Of a stretch of DNA of 64,000 bases, positions 28,401-38,222 are shown piece by piece. The notes under the pieces are model-generated. The model searched no databases. It was not told the DNA's origin and saw only the letters and a program-made list of their open reading frames with translations. How positions within the stretch are numbered: position 1 is the first letter of the stretch; every line of letters begins with the position of its first letter. Location: assembly GCA_044433665.1 (NCBI GenBank), contig JAWXTJ010000006.1, positions 5,369 to 69,368 of the forward strand. Direction: 5' to 3'. This DNA is from Rikenellaceae bacterium. Its GTDB lineage: Bacteria > Bacteroidota > Bacteroidia > Bacteroidales > Rikenellaceae. The translations under genes and the position numbers were made by a program.

Positions 28401-30152
28401 TTATTTCAATTTAGCTTTCTTTTCTTCAATTATTTGGGCATCATATCCCAAACTTAGGGCTTTATCGTAGTATACTTCGGCCATAAAATTTTCTCCCAAT
28501 ACGGCTAAGATCTCAGCGTAATGGAATTGAATTTCGGCACTTTGTGTCGTGTCAAGTGCTATAACTTGACGCATGATTTTCTTTGCCTCTTCGTAGCGAC
28601 CTAGTTCAAAGAGTACCCATGCGTAGGTGTCGAGGTATGTTGGATTATTCTCTTCGATGGCTATCGCTCGGCCTGCCATGTTTAGTGCAGTTTCGAGATT
28701 TCGGTTTTCGAGGCTCAGGAAGTAGGCGTAATTATTTAGTACCATTGCATTGTTTGCGTAGGTGTCAAGCGATTTATCGTATGATTTATATGCTTTACGC
28801 ATCATCGACTTCTCTTTTGAGCTACCTGGTTTTTCCAATAGGCTCAATTGATGGTAATTGTCACCGATGTAACCATAAACTGCTCCTTGAAGTGAGTCTG
28901 AGGGGATTATTTTTACAATTTTATTGTAATTCTCTATCGCTTGAGTGTGTCGCTTTGTGTAGCTATAAAGATTTGCTAACGATAGCTGTAACTCATGTCG
29001 ATCGGGGAATATTTCAATAGCTCGTGCAGCGTAGAGTTCAACTGAGTCTACACGTTGTTTGTAGCTCTCAATATCAATTATTGTTGTGTAATAATCATAT
29101 TGCACAGGCTCATCTGCCGTATGTTTTTTGTATAACTCTAAGGCTTGATCTAGGCTTCCAGCTGCAATAAGGTGTTTTGCGTATAGCTCAACGACTTGCT
29201 TGTTTGTTGGGTAGAGTTGGTATAGTTGCAATGCGAGCTCGCTTACTGCAATTAGATTTTTTGCGTAAAAATTCCTGTCTGAGGTTACTCTATTAAATGT
29301 TGCAATTTTACCCTCCAACTCTTCGTTTGGATCGGCAAAGATCCGTTTCATTACTGAAAAATATGAGACGAAATTTCCACGGTCTGCATGAAATTTAGCT
29401 AAGGAGTTCAACACGACGCTCGACGATGGGTCGATTTGCAGAGCTGTTTCATACTCCACCCGAGCTAATGAATCTTGCTTGGTTGAGATATATAATTCAG
29501 CTAAGGCCAAGCGGCTCTCAATATCTGCGGGGTTCATCTCAACGAGTTCAACGGCTTCGGTTACAGCTTTTTCGTGTTGTCCCGTGAGAATTAGAAACTC
29601 TTGTTTTAGGGAGCTAACATAGGCGTTTTTACCCGTTCTTACCTCCGCTGAGTCTAGGACTGAGAGGGCTAAAAGTGGCTCGGAGAGTTGTCGGTGGATT
29701 ATCGCAAGCATGATGTAAGAGTTGAGATTTTGAGGTTCCAACTCTATAGCTCGTTCGTATAATCTTTTGGCTGTTTGATAGTCGCCTTTAACGGCTAATG
29801 TTTGAGCGTAGGTTTGACTATACCATTTGTTTAGTGAGTCAAGTTCGTATGCTCTCTGTGCAAATTTTACGACCGAATCCACAGCTCCTCTGCTCGACAT
29901 TAGCGACTGAGCCAAATAATAATAGGCTGGTGCATATGTAGAGTCTGCCGAGATTGCTGATCGAAACAGCGAGTCTCCACCTTGCCAATCTTGATATAGA
30001 TATATTCGCTTCTGCCCATCGGTTGTAAGCGTCACTGCTTGTCGAATGGGGAGTGAATCGGGTTGCTCAACAACACTAGAAGCTCCCTTAGTGGGGATAA
30101 ACCCAGCTAAGAAGAGCGTCGTAAGTGATAATGTTACAAATAGTTGTTTCAT
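28401..30152 (-). CDS. Tetratricopeptide repeat protein
   Basis: 583 aa with a signal peptide and many TPR-like units (AxxYYxLAxxL, YxxALxLDP patterns). Confidence 0.7.
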   Translation of the reverse strand: MKQLFVTLSLTTLFLAGFIPTKGASSVVEQPDSLPIRQAVTLTTDGQKRIYLYQDWQGGDSLFRSAISADSTYAPAYYYLAQSLMSSRGAVDSVVKFAQRAYELDSLNKWYSQTYAQTLAVKGDYQTAKRLYERAIELEPQNLNSYIMLAIIHRQLSEPLLALSVLDSAEVRTGKNAYVSSLKQEFLILTGQHEKAVTEAVELVEMNPADIESRLALAELYISTKQDSLARVEYETALQIDPSSSVVLNSLAKFHADRGNFVSYFSVMKRIFADPNEELEGKIATFNRVTSDRNFYAKNLIAVSELALQLYQLYPTNKQVVELYAKHLIAAGSLDQALELYKKHTADEPVQYDYYTTIIDIESYKQRVDSVELYAARAIEIFPDRHELQLSLANLYSYTKRHTQAIENYNKIVKIIPSDSLQGAVYGYIGDNYHQLSLLEKPGSSKEKSMMRKAYKSYDKSLDTYANNAMVLNNYAYFLSLENRNLETALNMAGRAIAIEENNPTYLDTYAWVLFELGRYEEAKKIMRQVIALDTTQSAEIQFHYAEILAVLGENFMAEVYYDKALSLGYDAQIIEEKKAKLK

Positions 30153-30197
30153 TGATAAAACCTTGAAAGTTTAACTCTCACCACCCAGCGTAGGCAG

Positions 30198-31262
30198 CTA
30201 TAGAGCTTTGTCAAACTGCTTCAAGAAACGAACATCGTTCTCAAAGTAGAGACGTAGGTCACGTACTCCATAGAGTAGCATTGCAATACGTTCAACTCCC
30301 ATACCAAACGCGAAGCCGCTATATTTTGTTGAGTCTATTCCATTAGATTCCAAAACATTTGGATCAACCATACCGCAACCCATAATCTCTAGCCAGCCGC
30401 TACCTTTGCAGACGTTACATCCCTTGCCGCCACACAATACACACGATACGTCGACCTCGGCCGAAGGCTCCGTGAATGGGAAGTATGATGGACGCATGCG
30501 GATTGTTGCGCTCTCTCCGAAGATCTCCTTTGCGAAGTATAGAATTGATTGCTTCATATCGGCAAATGAGACTCCCTCGTCGATGTATAGTCCCTCAATC
30601 TGGTGGAAGATACAGTGTGCACGATATGAAATCGCCTCGTTACGGAATACACGACCTGGACATATAACGCGAATTGGTGGTTTTTGTTGCTCCATCACTC
30701 TCACCTGAATTGATGAGGTGTGTGTGCGAAGCAAAATATCTGGATTCTGCTGAATGAAGAATGTATCTTGCATATCACGTGCAGGGTGCTCAGGTGGGAA
30801 ATTTAGAGCCGAGAATACATGCCAATCATCTTCAATCTCGGGACCATCGGCTACGGTGTAACCCAAACGAGCGAAAGTCTCCACGATACGGTTACGCACA
30901 AGTGAGATTGGGTGACGAGAACCGATCTGCTCAGCGCTTCCTGGGCGGGTCATATCACCAATGGCAGTTTTCGACTCACTCAATGATGACTCTTCTACCG
31001 ACTCACGAGCTGCTGCAATTGCTGCGTTCGCTGCATTTTTTAGTGCATTAAGTCGTTGTCCTAAATCTCGTTTCATCTCAGGTGCTACACCCTTAAACTC
31101 CTCCATCAAAGCGTTAAGTTCACCCTTTTTTCCGAGCATTTTAATACGCATAGCCTCCACCTCGGCCGCAGCCTTTGGTTTGAAATCTTCTAGCTGTTTT
31201 AAAAGATTGTCTATTTTTTCAATCATGATTTGGTTATATTCAATTTTTTTACTACTTTTCAC
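30198..31262 (-). CDS. pheS: Phenylalanine--tRNA ligase alpha subunit
   Basis: 354 aa with class II motifs (HPARDMQDTFF, FRNEAISYRAHCIFHQIEG, GFAFGMGVERIAML). GTG start. Confidence 0.95.
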   Translation of the reverse strand: MKSSKKIEYNQIMIEKIDNLLKQLEDFKPKAAAEVEAMRIKMLGKKGELNALMEEFKGVAPEMKRDLGQRLNALKNAANAAIAAARESVEESSLSESKTAIGDMTRPGSAEQIGSRHPISLVRNRIVETFARLGYTVADGPEIEDDWHVFSALNFPPEHPARDMQDTFFIQQNPDILLRTHTSSIQVRVMEQQKPPIRVICPGRVFRNEAISYRAHCIFHQIEGLYIDEGVSFADMKQSILYFAKEIFGESATIRMRPSYFPFTEPSAEVDVSCVLCGGKGCNVCKGSGWLEIMGCGMVDPNVLESNGIDSTKYSGFAFGMGVERIAMLLYGVRDLRLYFENDVRFLKQFDKAL

Positions 31263-31294
31263 ACGTAAAATATATTGTTTTTACGTTTACAGCA

Positions 31295-31302
31295 CAAAGT
31301 TA
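31295..31302 (-). promoter_or_regulatory. -7 box (TAacTTTG on the minus strand) for pheS
   Basis: Plus-strand caaagtta lies about 32 nt upstream of the GTG at 31262. Confidence 0.45.
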
Positions 31303-31318
31303 TAAAAAAGTTGCGAAT

Positions 31319-33739
31319 ATGTTTAGAAATCTAAAATCTTTTATTACACTGTTTTTGTTGTTTTTTGCCATTCGTGGCGGAGCACAAAGCGTTGGAGTAG
31401 TCATGAGTGGAGGTGGTGCGAAGGGTCTATATCATATCGGAGTGCTCGAAGCGCTCGAAGAAAATGGTATTCCAATTGATTATGTTGCAGGTACTTCAAT
31501 GGGTTCAATCGTTGCAGGTCTCTACGCTGCGGGTTACTCACCAGCCGAGATGCGGGAGATTGTAACCTCGGGAGAGATTGAAAAATGGATCTCAGGAAAA
31601 ATCGACAGTAGCTATGGAGCTTATTATCGTCAATATCGCTCAATCCCAACATTATTTAGTTTGAGGCTCGATACCAAAAGTTTTGCACCCATTAATGAGG
31701 AGATTTCGGGAAATATAAATGCCAAAGATGTTGAGCAGAGTGTGTCGGAGGCGAAAGGAAATAACCTTTCAATTAAACCAAGTTTATACCTTCCAGGAAG
31801 TATAATTTCATCAACGCAGGTTGATTTAACCCTCAGTAAACTATTTACAACAGCTTCGATTAAAGCAGACGGTGATTTCAACAGCCTAATGATTCCTTTT
31901 TTATGCGTTGCTAGTGATATGCGCAACCATCAAGCTGCTGTCCTCGATAAAGGTGATTTGGGAGAGGCTATACGTGCTTCTATGGCTATACCTGTTGCGT
32001 TTAAACCTATCGAGCGGGATTCAATGGTTTTATATGATGGTGGTATTTATGACAACTTCCCATGGGAGCCGCTCTTGGAGAATCATGCGCCTGATATTAT
32101 GATCGGTTCAATCTGCACTGAGGGTAATACTGAGCTTACACTAAAAAGTAATCTTATAGATCAAATTCTTGCAATTGCAATGCAGAAAAGTAATTATGAT
32201 CTTCCAGAGGGGAATATTACTATTCAGCGGGATGTGCCTGTCGGGATGTTGGAGTTTAGTAATGGAGATTGGATTATCAATTTAGGATATGAAGATACTA
32301 TGGCTCAAATGGAGCAGATCAAGGAGAGTATCGACAGACGTTGCGACACGTTATTTTATGAAAAGCGTAGAGCAGATTTTTTAGAGGATGTAAAACCACT
32401 TATTTTCGATAGTTATAATATAAATGGGCTCACCGAGCAGCAGAATTTATATGTGCATGACTTTCTGCATACTTCGAAAAATCGTAAGGATATACTTCAA
32501 AGAAAGATGCCTTTCGAGGAGCTTGAAGAGAATCTGTATAGAATATTGTCGAGCGGTGATTTTTCAACGGAGTACCCAACGATTCAGTTTAATAAGCAAA
32601 CTGAATTATATAGCTTCGATATTGATTTAGCGACCAAGCCACAATTGAAATTATCGGTGGGAGGTCTGCTTACTTCGACAGGCTTCAATCAGCTATTTGT
32701 TTCGCTTAATTATAAGCAGATTAATCGTGTGGCTCAATCTTATTACTCCGATATATATTTGGGAACGATGACCACAAGTGTAATGATTGGAGGACGAACA
32801 GATTTCTATATCTCCTCGCCTCTATTTATGGATTATTACTATTCGTATTCAAATATAAACAGAACCTATAGTAACTTAGGAAATATTACAGATGTAACCA
32901 ACTGTGAGAGTGTTAAAACTCGTGATAATTACTTCTCGATTGCTGGAGGATTTCCAATTTCGCAACGTAGCCTTTTTTCTTTGAGGGCAAATATCGGGTG
33001 GAATCACTATTATTATGATGCTTCTGAAATCTATGATTCAACGAGTATTACAGAGAGTCAATATTCTGATCGCACTCGTCTCTTCTTTGGTGCTGTGAAA
33101 GCTGAGTATCAACGGAGTACACTCAATCGACTGACATATCCATCGAGTGGTTCAAAACTTGAAATTTCGGCTATTGCTGTTGCAGGTAAGGAGAATAACT
33201 ATCAAAGTGAATATAGTCGCTCTTCGCTATACTCGTCGACCGATCAATCTTGGGTTGGCGGAAGGGTGAAATATGATAAATATTTTACTCCTCCAGGGGA
33301 TTCATGGTTCTCGTTGGGTGTTAATATAGATGCTGTTTTTACCACACTTAAACTGTTTGGTAATCCGACAGCTTCGATGCTTATTTTGCCATCTTATCAA
33401 CCTGTTACTCACTCGCAGATGATATTTATGCCTGATTTTTCAGCCGATAAATATCTTGGTGCGGGAGTTATTCCAATTTTTAATCTTGGTTCAAATATGC
33501 TTCTGCGCACAGGATTTTATGGTATGTATCGTGCACATTACTCTATTGATGGAATTGAACCAGGTATTATCGGTTCTGATAATTTCCATTATGTTTCGGA
33601 GTTGTCAATGGTTTATAATTCAACTCTTGGGGCGTTGAGTCTTTCAGCCATAAAATATGATCTGAATGATTGGAATAACTTATATATTACGTTTGGTTTA
33701 GGTGTTCCGATCTTCTCACCTAAGGGGACGTATTATTAA
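31319..33739 (+). CDS. Patatin-like phospholipase fused to a large C-terminal beta-barrel-like region
   Basis: 806 aa with a signal peptide, oxyanion GGGAKG, nucleophile GTSMGS and the DGG motif (LYDGGIYDNFP). The C-terminal roughly 400 aa are Tyr/Gly/Ser-rich and strand-like, ending ...GTYY. Confidence 0.8.
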   Translation: MFRNLKSFITLFLLFFAIRGGAQSVGVVMSGGGAKGLYHIGVLEALEENGIPIDYVAGTSMGSIVAGLYAAGYSPAEMREIVTSGEIEKWISGKIDSSYGAYYRQYRSIPTLFSLRLDTKSFAPINEEISGNINAKDVEQSVSEAKGNNLSIKPSLYLPGSIISSTQVDLTLSKLFTTASIKADGDFNSLMIPFLCVASDMRNHQAAVLDKGDLGEAIRASMAIPVAFKPIERDSMVLYDGGIYDNFPWEPLLENHAPDIMIGSICTEGNTELTLKSNLIDQILAIAMQKSNYDLPEGNITIQRDVPVGMLEFSNGDWIINLGYEDTMAQMEQIKESIDRRCDTLFYEKRRADFLEDVKPLIFDSYNINGLTEQQNLYVHDFLHTSKNRKDILQRKMPFEELEENLYRILSSGDFSTEYPTIQFNKQTELYSFDIDLATKPQLKLSVGGLLTSTGFNQLFVSLNYKQINRVAQSYYSDIYLGTMTTSVMIGGRTDFYISSPLFMDYYYSYSNINRTYSNLGNITDVTNCESVKTRDNYFSIAGGFPISQRSLFSLRANIGWNHYYYDASEIYDSTSITESQYSDRTRLFFGAVKAEYQRSTLNRLTYPSSGSKLEISAIAVAGKENNYQSEYSRSSLYSSTDQSWVGGRVKYDKYFTPPGDSWFSLGVNIDAVFTTLKLFGNPTASMLILPSYQPVTHSQMIFMPDFSADKYLGAGVIPIFNLGSNMLLRTGFYGMYRAHYSIDGIEPGIIGSDNFHYVSELSMVYNSTLGALSLSAIKYDLNDWNNLYITFGLGVPIFSPKGTYY

Positions 33740-33751
33740 TGCGTTTGAATT

Positions 33752-34732
33752 TTAGAGTAGTTTTCTCTGTAGGGAGACTTTGATATAGAGGCCAAAATTT
33801 ACCAAAACACTAAAGATATAGACAAGTGGTTTTATGCCGCTGTCAATGACTTTATTGTATAGCCAAAGTAATGGATAGCCAGTCAAACTCTCCTCAATAT
33901 TAAAATACTCTTTAGGCGCTGCACCTCGCTTAAATATCCATTTTCGAATATTCACTTTTCCCAGTAAAAGTGATCGACGATAAGTTTTAAATTCAGGCTG
34001 AGATTTAAAGAAATCGTTAACGATTTTCTCGGCTGCAATATAATTTCGTATGTGACGCTCACCGATGGTGTTCATATATGAAGAGTCGTTGCAGACTCTA
34101 TAGTAATATAGATACTCTTGAAGTGTTGAGAGTTTGCGAGCGAAATATATTATTTGAGGTAGAAGCGAATAATCCTCACCAAAATCGACTTTTGGTGTGA
34201 ATTGTAAGTTGTTCTGCTCGAAGATTGAGCGTCTGAGTAGCATGCCTCGAACATGGTTAGGAACGAGGTGGCTTTGGCCTAGAATTGCTTTTATGTGAGC
34301 TTCTCTATTGGGTAGCCAATTGGTGCTTTCTTGTAAGCGAGTGTCGTTGGCCGTAACGCTTTCACACCAAGCATTACAAACATCAGCGTCGGTTTCAATT
34401 GTTTTTTTTACCAATTTTTCGACAATATCTTTATCTACCCAATCGTCAGCGTCAACAAAGAGAATATAATCCCCCGTTGCAGCGTTAATGGCAATATTGC
34501 GAGCAGTGGCAACACCTCCATTCTTTAGACACTCAATTATATTAATTCTCTTTTCTAAATGCGGAAACTCATTTGCCGTCTGTTTCAATAACTCCAAACT
34601 TTGATCTGGAGAGGCATCATCGACAAAAATAAATTCACAGTTAGAGTAACTCTGAGAAAAGAGCGAGCGAGCACACTCAACAATATATTGCTGAGCACCA
34701 TATACAGGCACAAGAATAGAGACCAAAATCAT
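33752..34732 (-). CDS. Family 2 glycosyltransferase
   Basis: N-terminal VSILVPVYGAQQYI, then FVDDASPD and LFVDADDW (DXD) motifs. Confidence 0.8.
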   Translation of the reverse strand: MILVSILVPVYGAQQYIVECARSLFSQSYSNCEFIFVDDASPDQSLELLKQTANEFPHLEKRINIIECLKNGGVATARNIAINAATGDYILFVDADDWVDKDIVEKLVKKTIETDADVCNAWCESVTANDTRLQESTNWLPNREAHIKAILGQSHLVPNHVRGMLLRRSIFEQNNLQFTPKVDFGEDYSLLPQIIYFARKLSTLQEYLYYYRVCNDSSYMNTIGERHIRNYIAAEKIVNDFFKSQPEFKTYRRSLLLGKVNIRKWIFKRGAAPKEYFNIEESLTGYPLLWLYNKVIDSGIKPLVYIFSVLVNFGLYIKVSLQRKLL

Positions 34733-34736
34733 AATA

Positions 34737-35693
34737 TCACTGAATTAATAGGTTGCAACCACGAATTTCACTCTGCTCCACTCTGCCGTCAACCGTAAAG
34801 CGACCATCGGTAAAAAGTTGGCCAATATCCTGCGTCTCGATAAAGGCACACGAATAACGAGAGGCCAAATCTATTATGTTTATCGCTCCTCGACCCTCCG
34901 AGTGAAGAGTAAAAGGATCGTTGATCTCTCGCATGACAACACGCATCCATGGGGGAGTTGTAAAAATATTGTCTCCTGAAGAGTATGCTTGTGATGTTAG
35001 CTCCGCCATTCCATATTCGGAGTGAATTTTATCAACTCCGAAACCCTCACAGAGGATTTTATGAAACTCAGTTTTACCGATCTCCTCACGATGTCCTTTC
35101 ATGCCGCCAGTCTCCATTATAATTGTGTTTTTTAGCTTTGGAGCATAGGCCTCAACTAGATCCCAAAGTGCATAACTCACGCCTAAAAGTATTTTTGAGT
35201 GTGGGTCTGAGGCCATATCTGAGAGTAATTTTTTATGATCGTGTAGATAAAATCCACCTCCCGCAGCCTCTTGGATAAGTTTGTCAACCATATAAATTAG
35301 GGACGAACCATCACGCTCAAGATAGGAGGGTAGTAATCCATATATACTCCACTCTTTCACATCGCCATAAAAGGTTTTGAATCCTTCAAAAAATGCTTTT
35401 TCATAAATTGAAAGATCTGCCATAAGATGTCGTGAGGGGTGTGAACCCGTGGTGCTGCTCGAAGTGAAAACCTTTACAGCAGGGTTCGGAGCGCAATAAA
35501 CATCACATGTTTTAAAGAGTTCGATAGGCATATAACGCAGATCAGCCATCGAGTGCACAGTATCGGGGTCACACCCAATTAATGAGAGATAGCGAGCAAA
35601 AGGCTCACACTCCCGTCCTTGAAATCGAAATAACTCCAAAGCTGCACGCTCAAATTGCTCATCTGAGTCTATTTTCCAAAAATCATGAATCAT
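34737..35693 (-). CDS. LuxE/PaaK-like adenylate-forming acyl-protein synthetase family protein (tentative)
   Basis: 318 aa; the TSSSTTG P-loop-like motif and overall layout match Bacteroidota proteins I recall being annotated as LuxE-type acyltransferases. Not verified. Confidence 0.45.
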   Translation of the reverse strand: MIHDFWKIDSDEQFERAALELFRFQGRECEPFARYLSLIGCDPDTVHSMADLRYMPIELFKTCDVYCAPNPAVKVFTSSSTTGSHPSRHLMADLSIYEKAFFEGFKTFYGDVKEWSIYGLLPSYLERDGSSLIYMVDKLIQEAAGGGFYLHDHKKLLSDMASDPHSKILLGVSYALWDLVEAYAPKLKNTIIMETGGMKGHREEIGKTEFHKILCEGFGVDKIHSEYGMAELTSQAYSSGDNIFTTPPWMRVVMREINDPFTLHSEGRGAINIIDLASRYSCAFIETQDIGQLFTDGRFTVDGRVEQSEIRGCNLLIQ

Positions 35694-35702
35694 AAAATAT
35701 AT

Positions 35703-36245
35703 TTATCTTGAAGCAACATCCGATCCAGTAACACCGCCAGTATGTTTTGCCCAATCACCTTTTGCCCGAAGAACCTGTTCGATAATATCACGCACACAAC
35801 CACATCCACCTTTATACTCTGAAACGTAGCGAGCTACCTCGATAACCTCCATTACAGCGTCAGCTGGCGCAACGGGAATACCAACAAGTTTCATGCAGTC
35901 TAAATCTGGAATATCATCACCCATGTATACTACATTTTCTAAATTTACACCAGTTTTTGCACAGAAATCATTTATTGCTGCGATTTTATCCATGCAGTCA
36001 ATATAAACATGCTTAATGCCAAGCATCGTTAAACGGTTCAATAAGCTCTGTCCACGTCCTCCAGAGATGATGCAAATTTTGTATCCCTCCTTAATTGCGT
36101 AGGCCAAGGCGTAACCATCTTTAGCATTATATTGACGAATAAAATCTCCGTCAATCATTGGAATGATTCCGCCATTTGTCAACACGCCATCAACATCTAG
36201 TATTATAGCCTCGCATGCAGCTATATCTTCTTTGAAGTTTCCCAT
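35703..36245 (-). CDS. kdsC: KDO 8-phosphate phosphatase (HAD-IIIA)
   Basis: 180 aa with ILDVDGVLTNG, AKDGYAL, IISGG and MGDDIPD motifs. Confidence 0.75.
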   Translation of the reverse strand: MGNFKEDIAACEAIILDVDGVLTNGGIIPMIDGDFIRQYNAKDGYALAYAIKEGYKICIISGGRGQSLLNRLTMLGIKHVYIDCMDKIAAINDFCAKTGVNLENVVYMGDDIPDLDCMKLVGIPVAPADAVMEVIEVARYVSEYKGGCGCVRDIIEQVLRAKGDWAKHTGGVTGSDVASR

Positions 36246-36997
36246 ATATATTTACTTATATTTTGATAAATTATCTTTAATTCCTCCTGCTCATCAAGCA
36301 TAGAGGTGTGTCGTTCAACGGTTGTCCAATCACCTCTCACCGCTGGACCCGTTTGTACATCTTTCGGAGAGTCGACATCAAGCGCCTTAGCGCAGCACTC
36401 TCCAATAAGTGGTTTTAATATCTCAAATGGCAATCCTGATTCACCGACAAGCTGTTCCCCAGCAATAAACATCGCATTGGCAAAATTGCAGACAAAAACA
36501 GCCGAGAGATGCAATCGTCGACGCTGTTCACTATCGAGCTTTATCACACTTCGACTAAGTGCTATGCCAAGAGTTTCAAGCTGTAAAAGCGTCTCCGCAT
36601 CTTCAGCCTCAATAAAAATTGGAATTACACTAAAATCAACCCTGCGTCCACGAGTAAAGGTCTGCATTGGATAAAATACCGCTCGACGAAGCTCTGGATT
36701 AATCGCCTCTATAGAGGTGCTCCCCGCAGTATGAGCCACAACTGCTCCAGGTGTAAAGTTCAGTGAATGACTAAGTTCCCCAATTGCCGAATCACTAACG
36801 GCCAAAAGGTAAATATCAGCTTCTGCCAACCTCTCATCGAAAGTTGCATAAGGCGCTCCCGTAACTTTAGAGAGCTCCTCACCACGCTCCCTATTTCGCA
36901 AATATATCTGCACAAGCTCAGCCTTAGTAGACTTCGCAATAGCCACGGCTACTGCCTCTGCTAAGTTTCCACCTCCAATTATAACTACTCTATTCAT
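36221..36997 (-). CDS. Rossmann-fold plus DUF2520-like protein
   Basis: N-terminal VVIIGGGNLAEAVAVAI dinucleotide-binding motif. Size and C-terminal domain fit the DUF2520 family as I remember it. Confidence 0.5.
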   Translation of the reverse strand: MNRVVIIGGGNLAEAVAVAIAKSTKAELVQIYLRNRERGEELSKVTGAPYATFDERLAEADIYLLAVSDSAIGELSHSLNFTPGAVVAHTAGSTSIEAINPELRRAVFYPMQTFTRGRRVDFSVIPIFIEAEDAETLLQLETLGIALSRSVIKLDSEQRRRLHLSAVFVCNFANAMFIAGEQLVGESGLPFEILKPLIGECCAKALDVDSPKDVQTGPAVRGDWTTVERHTSMLDEQEELKIIYQNISKYIWETSKKI

Positions 36998-38142
36998 CGT
37001 AAAAAGATTACTAATTTTTTTCCTGCGACCATAGTAAATGCAATTCTACAATCTCCACCCTCCTTAATTTTTAGCTGCTCGGTAATTTGACGAGTGCTAT
37101 AGGGGAAATCTCGTTTTAGAATTTCTATTTTCTTTCCTGTTAGCTCCCTCTTTAAAGCCTTTGGGTTGTACTCAACAATGCGTTCAATTTCAAAGCATCG
37201 ACCTAAAATATCAATAGGCTTCTGTTCGGCAAACCCAAAACCATTATTACTCCAAATATCCATCTTTGAAGATAAAACAGTCGAGACCATCCGAGCCTTT
37301 TGTAAAGCAACATCGGGGATAATTAGATAGTTATATATCTCTTTATCAAATTGCGATGCGCAAAAATATTGTTTTATATGCTCTCGATCAATCTCAATTG
37401 TCCCAAGACCTACAGCTGTTGCCACCAATTGATTTTTCAAAGTTGTTGACACAAGTACCTCTTTACACTCATCCCCCAAAGAAACCACCTCAACACGAGC
37501 AGGTGAGAATAATCGAAAAGCCTCATCAACATCAAAAAGAGGTGAATTTTTCAACATTAACCGCCCCTCGGAGACTCTTTGAATGTCGGTCATTAATGCC
37601 AAAATATTTGGAGAACACTCTTCTAACTTTACCAATTTCTGCCCCGTTTCACTTCGCCTATCTGGATCTGCATAGACCCAATCAAATCTCTCTTGACATG
37701 CTGCCAAATACTCCTCAGCAGAGCTGCAAACAACCTCAATATTTTCAACATCCATACGTTGAAAATTCTCACGAGCTACCTGCGCTAAAATTTCATTGCG
37801 CTCCAAAGTAACCACTCGCTTAAAATTATAGGAGAAGTGCAAAGCATCGACTCCCAATCCACAAGTTAAATCCAGCAGACTCTCTCCCGCAATTTTTTTT
37901 ACCTTAGCAGCCCTCTCACTTGAAGCCTGCTCGAAGCTCAACGGAGGAATAATGCAGCGTGCAGCAAAATATGTAGGTAACTTATTTTCGGCACGTTGCA
38001 GATATTTAACCTGCGTTGCAACCATAGAGGCATATGCAATCTTTTTATCGAGCGCTACAGCATCAGCCTTGCGATCGAGGTTAGCCTCAATTGAGGCTTT
38101 TAGCTCTGCGCTACATAATATATTGAGTTCTTCAATTGTCAT
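36994..38142 (-). CDS. Class I SAM-dependent methyltransferase
   Basis: SAM motif I LLDLTCGLGVDA. Start placed at the ATG at 38142 (MTIEELN...) because a -7 box at 38151-38158 lies inside the longer TTG-initiated call. Confidence 0.6.
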   Translation of the reverse strand: MTIEELNILCSAELKASIEANLDRKADAVALDKKIAYASMVATQVKYLQRAENKLPTYFAARCIIPPLSFEQASSERAAKVKKIAGESLLDLTCGLGVDALHFSYNFKRVVTLERNEILAQVARENFQRMDVENIEVVCSSAEEYLAACQERFDWVYADPDRRSETGQKLVKLEECSPNILALMTDIQRVSEGRLMLKNSPLFDVDEAFRLFSPARVEVVSLGDECKEVLVSTTLKNQLVATAVGLGTIEIDREHIKQYFCASQFDKEIYNYLIIPDVALQKARMVSTVLSSKMDIWSNNGFGFAEQKPIDILGRCFEIERIVEYNPKALKRELTGKKIEILKRDFPYSTRQITEQLKIKEGGDCRIAFTMVAGKKLVIFLR

Positions 38143-38150
38143 AAACGATA

Positions 38151-38158
38151 CAAATATA
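38151..38158 (-). promoter_or_regulatory. -7 box (TAtaTTTG on the minus strand) for the methyltransferase operon
   Basis: Plus-strand caaatata is only about 8 nt upstream of the ATG at 38142, implying a very short leader or none. Confidence 0.4.
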
Positions 38159-38190
38159 CCCAATTATATTGGTATTATAAAAAGTTTTCA

Positions 38191-38198
38191 TACTTTTG
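38191..38198 (+). promoter_or_regulatory. -7 box (TActTTTG) for fabI
   Basis: Exact TAnnTTTG match. It overlaps the TTG at 38196 used by the ORF track, so the ATG at 38223 is the likely start. Confidence 0.5.
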
Positions 38199-38222
38199 CG
38201 ACGTATAATTAAACAAAAACTT

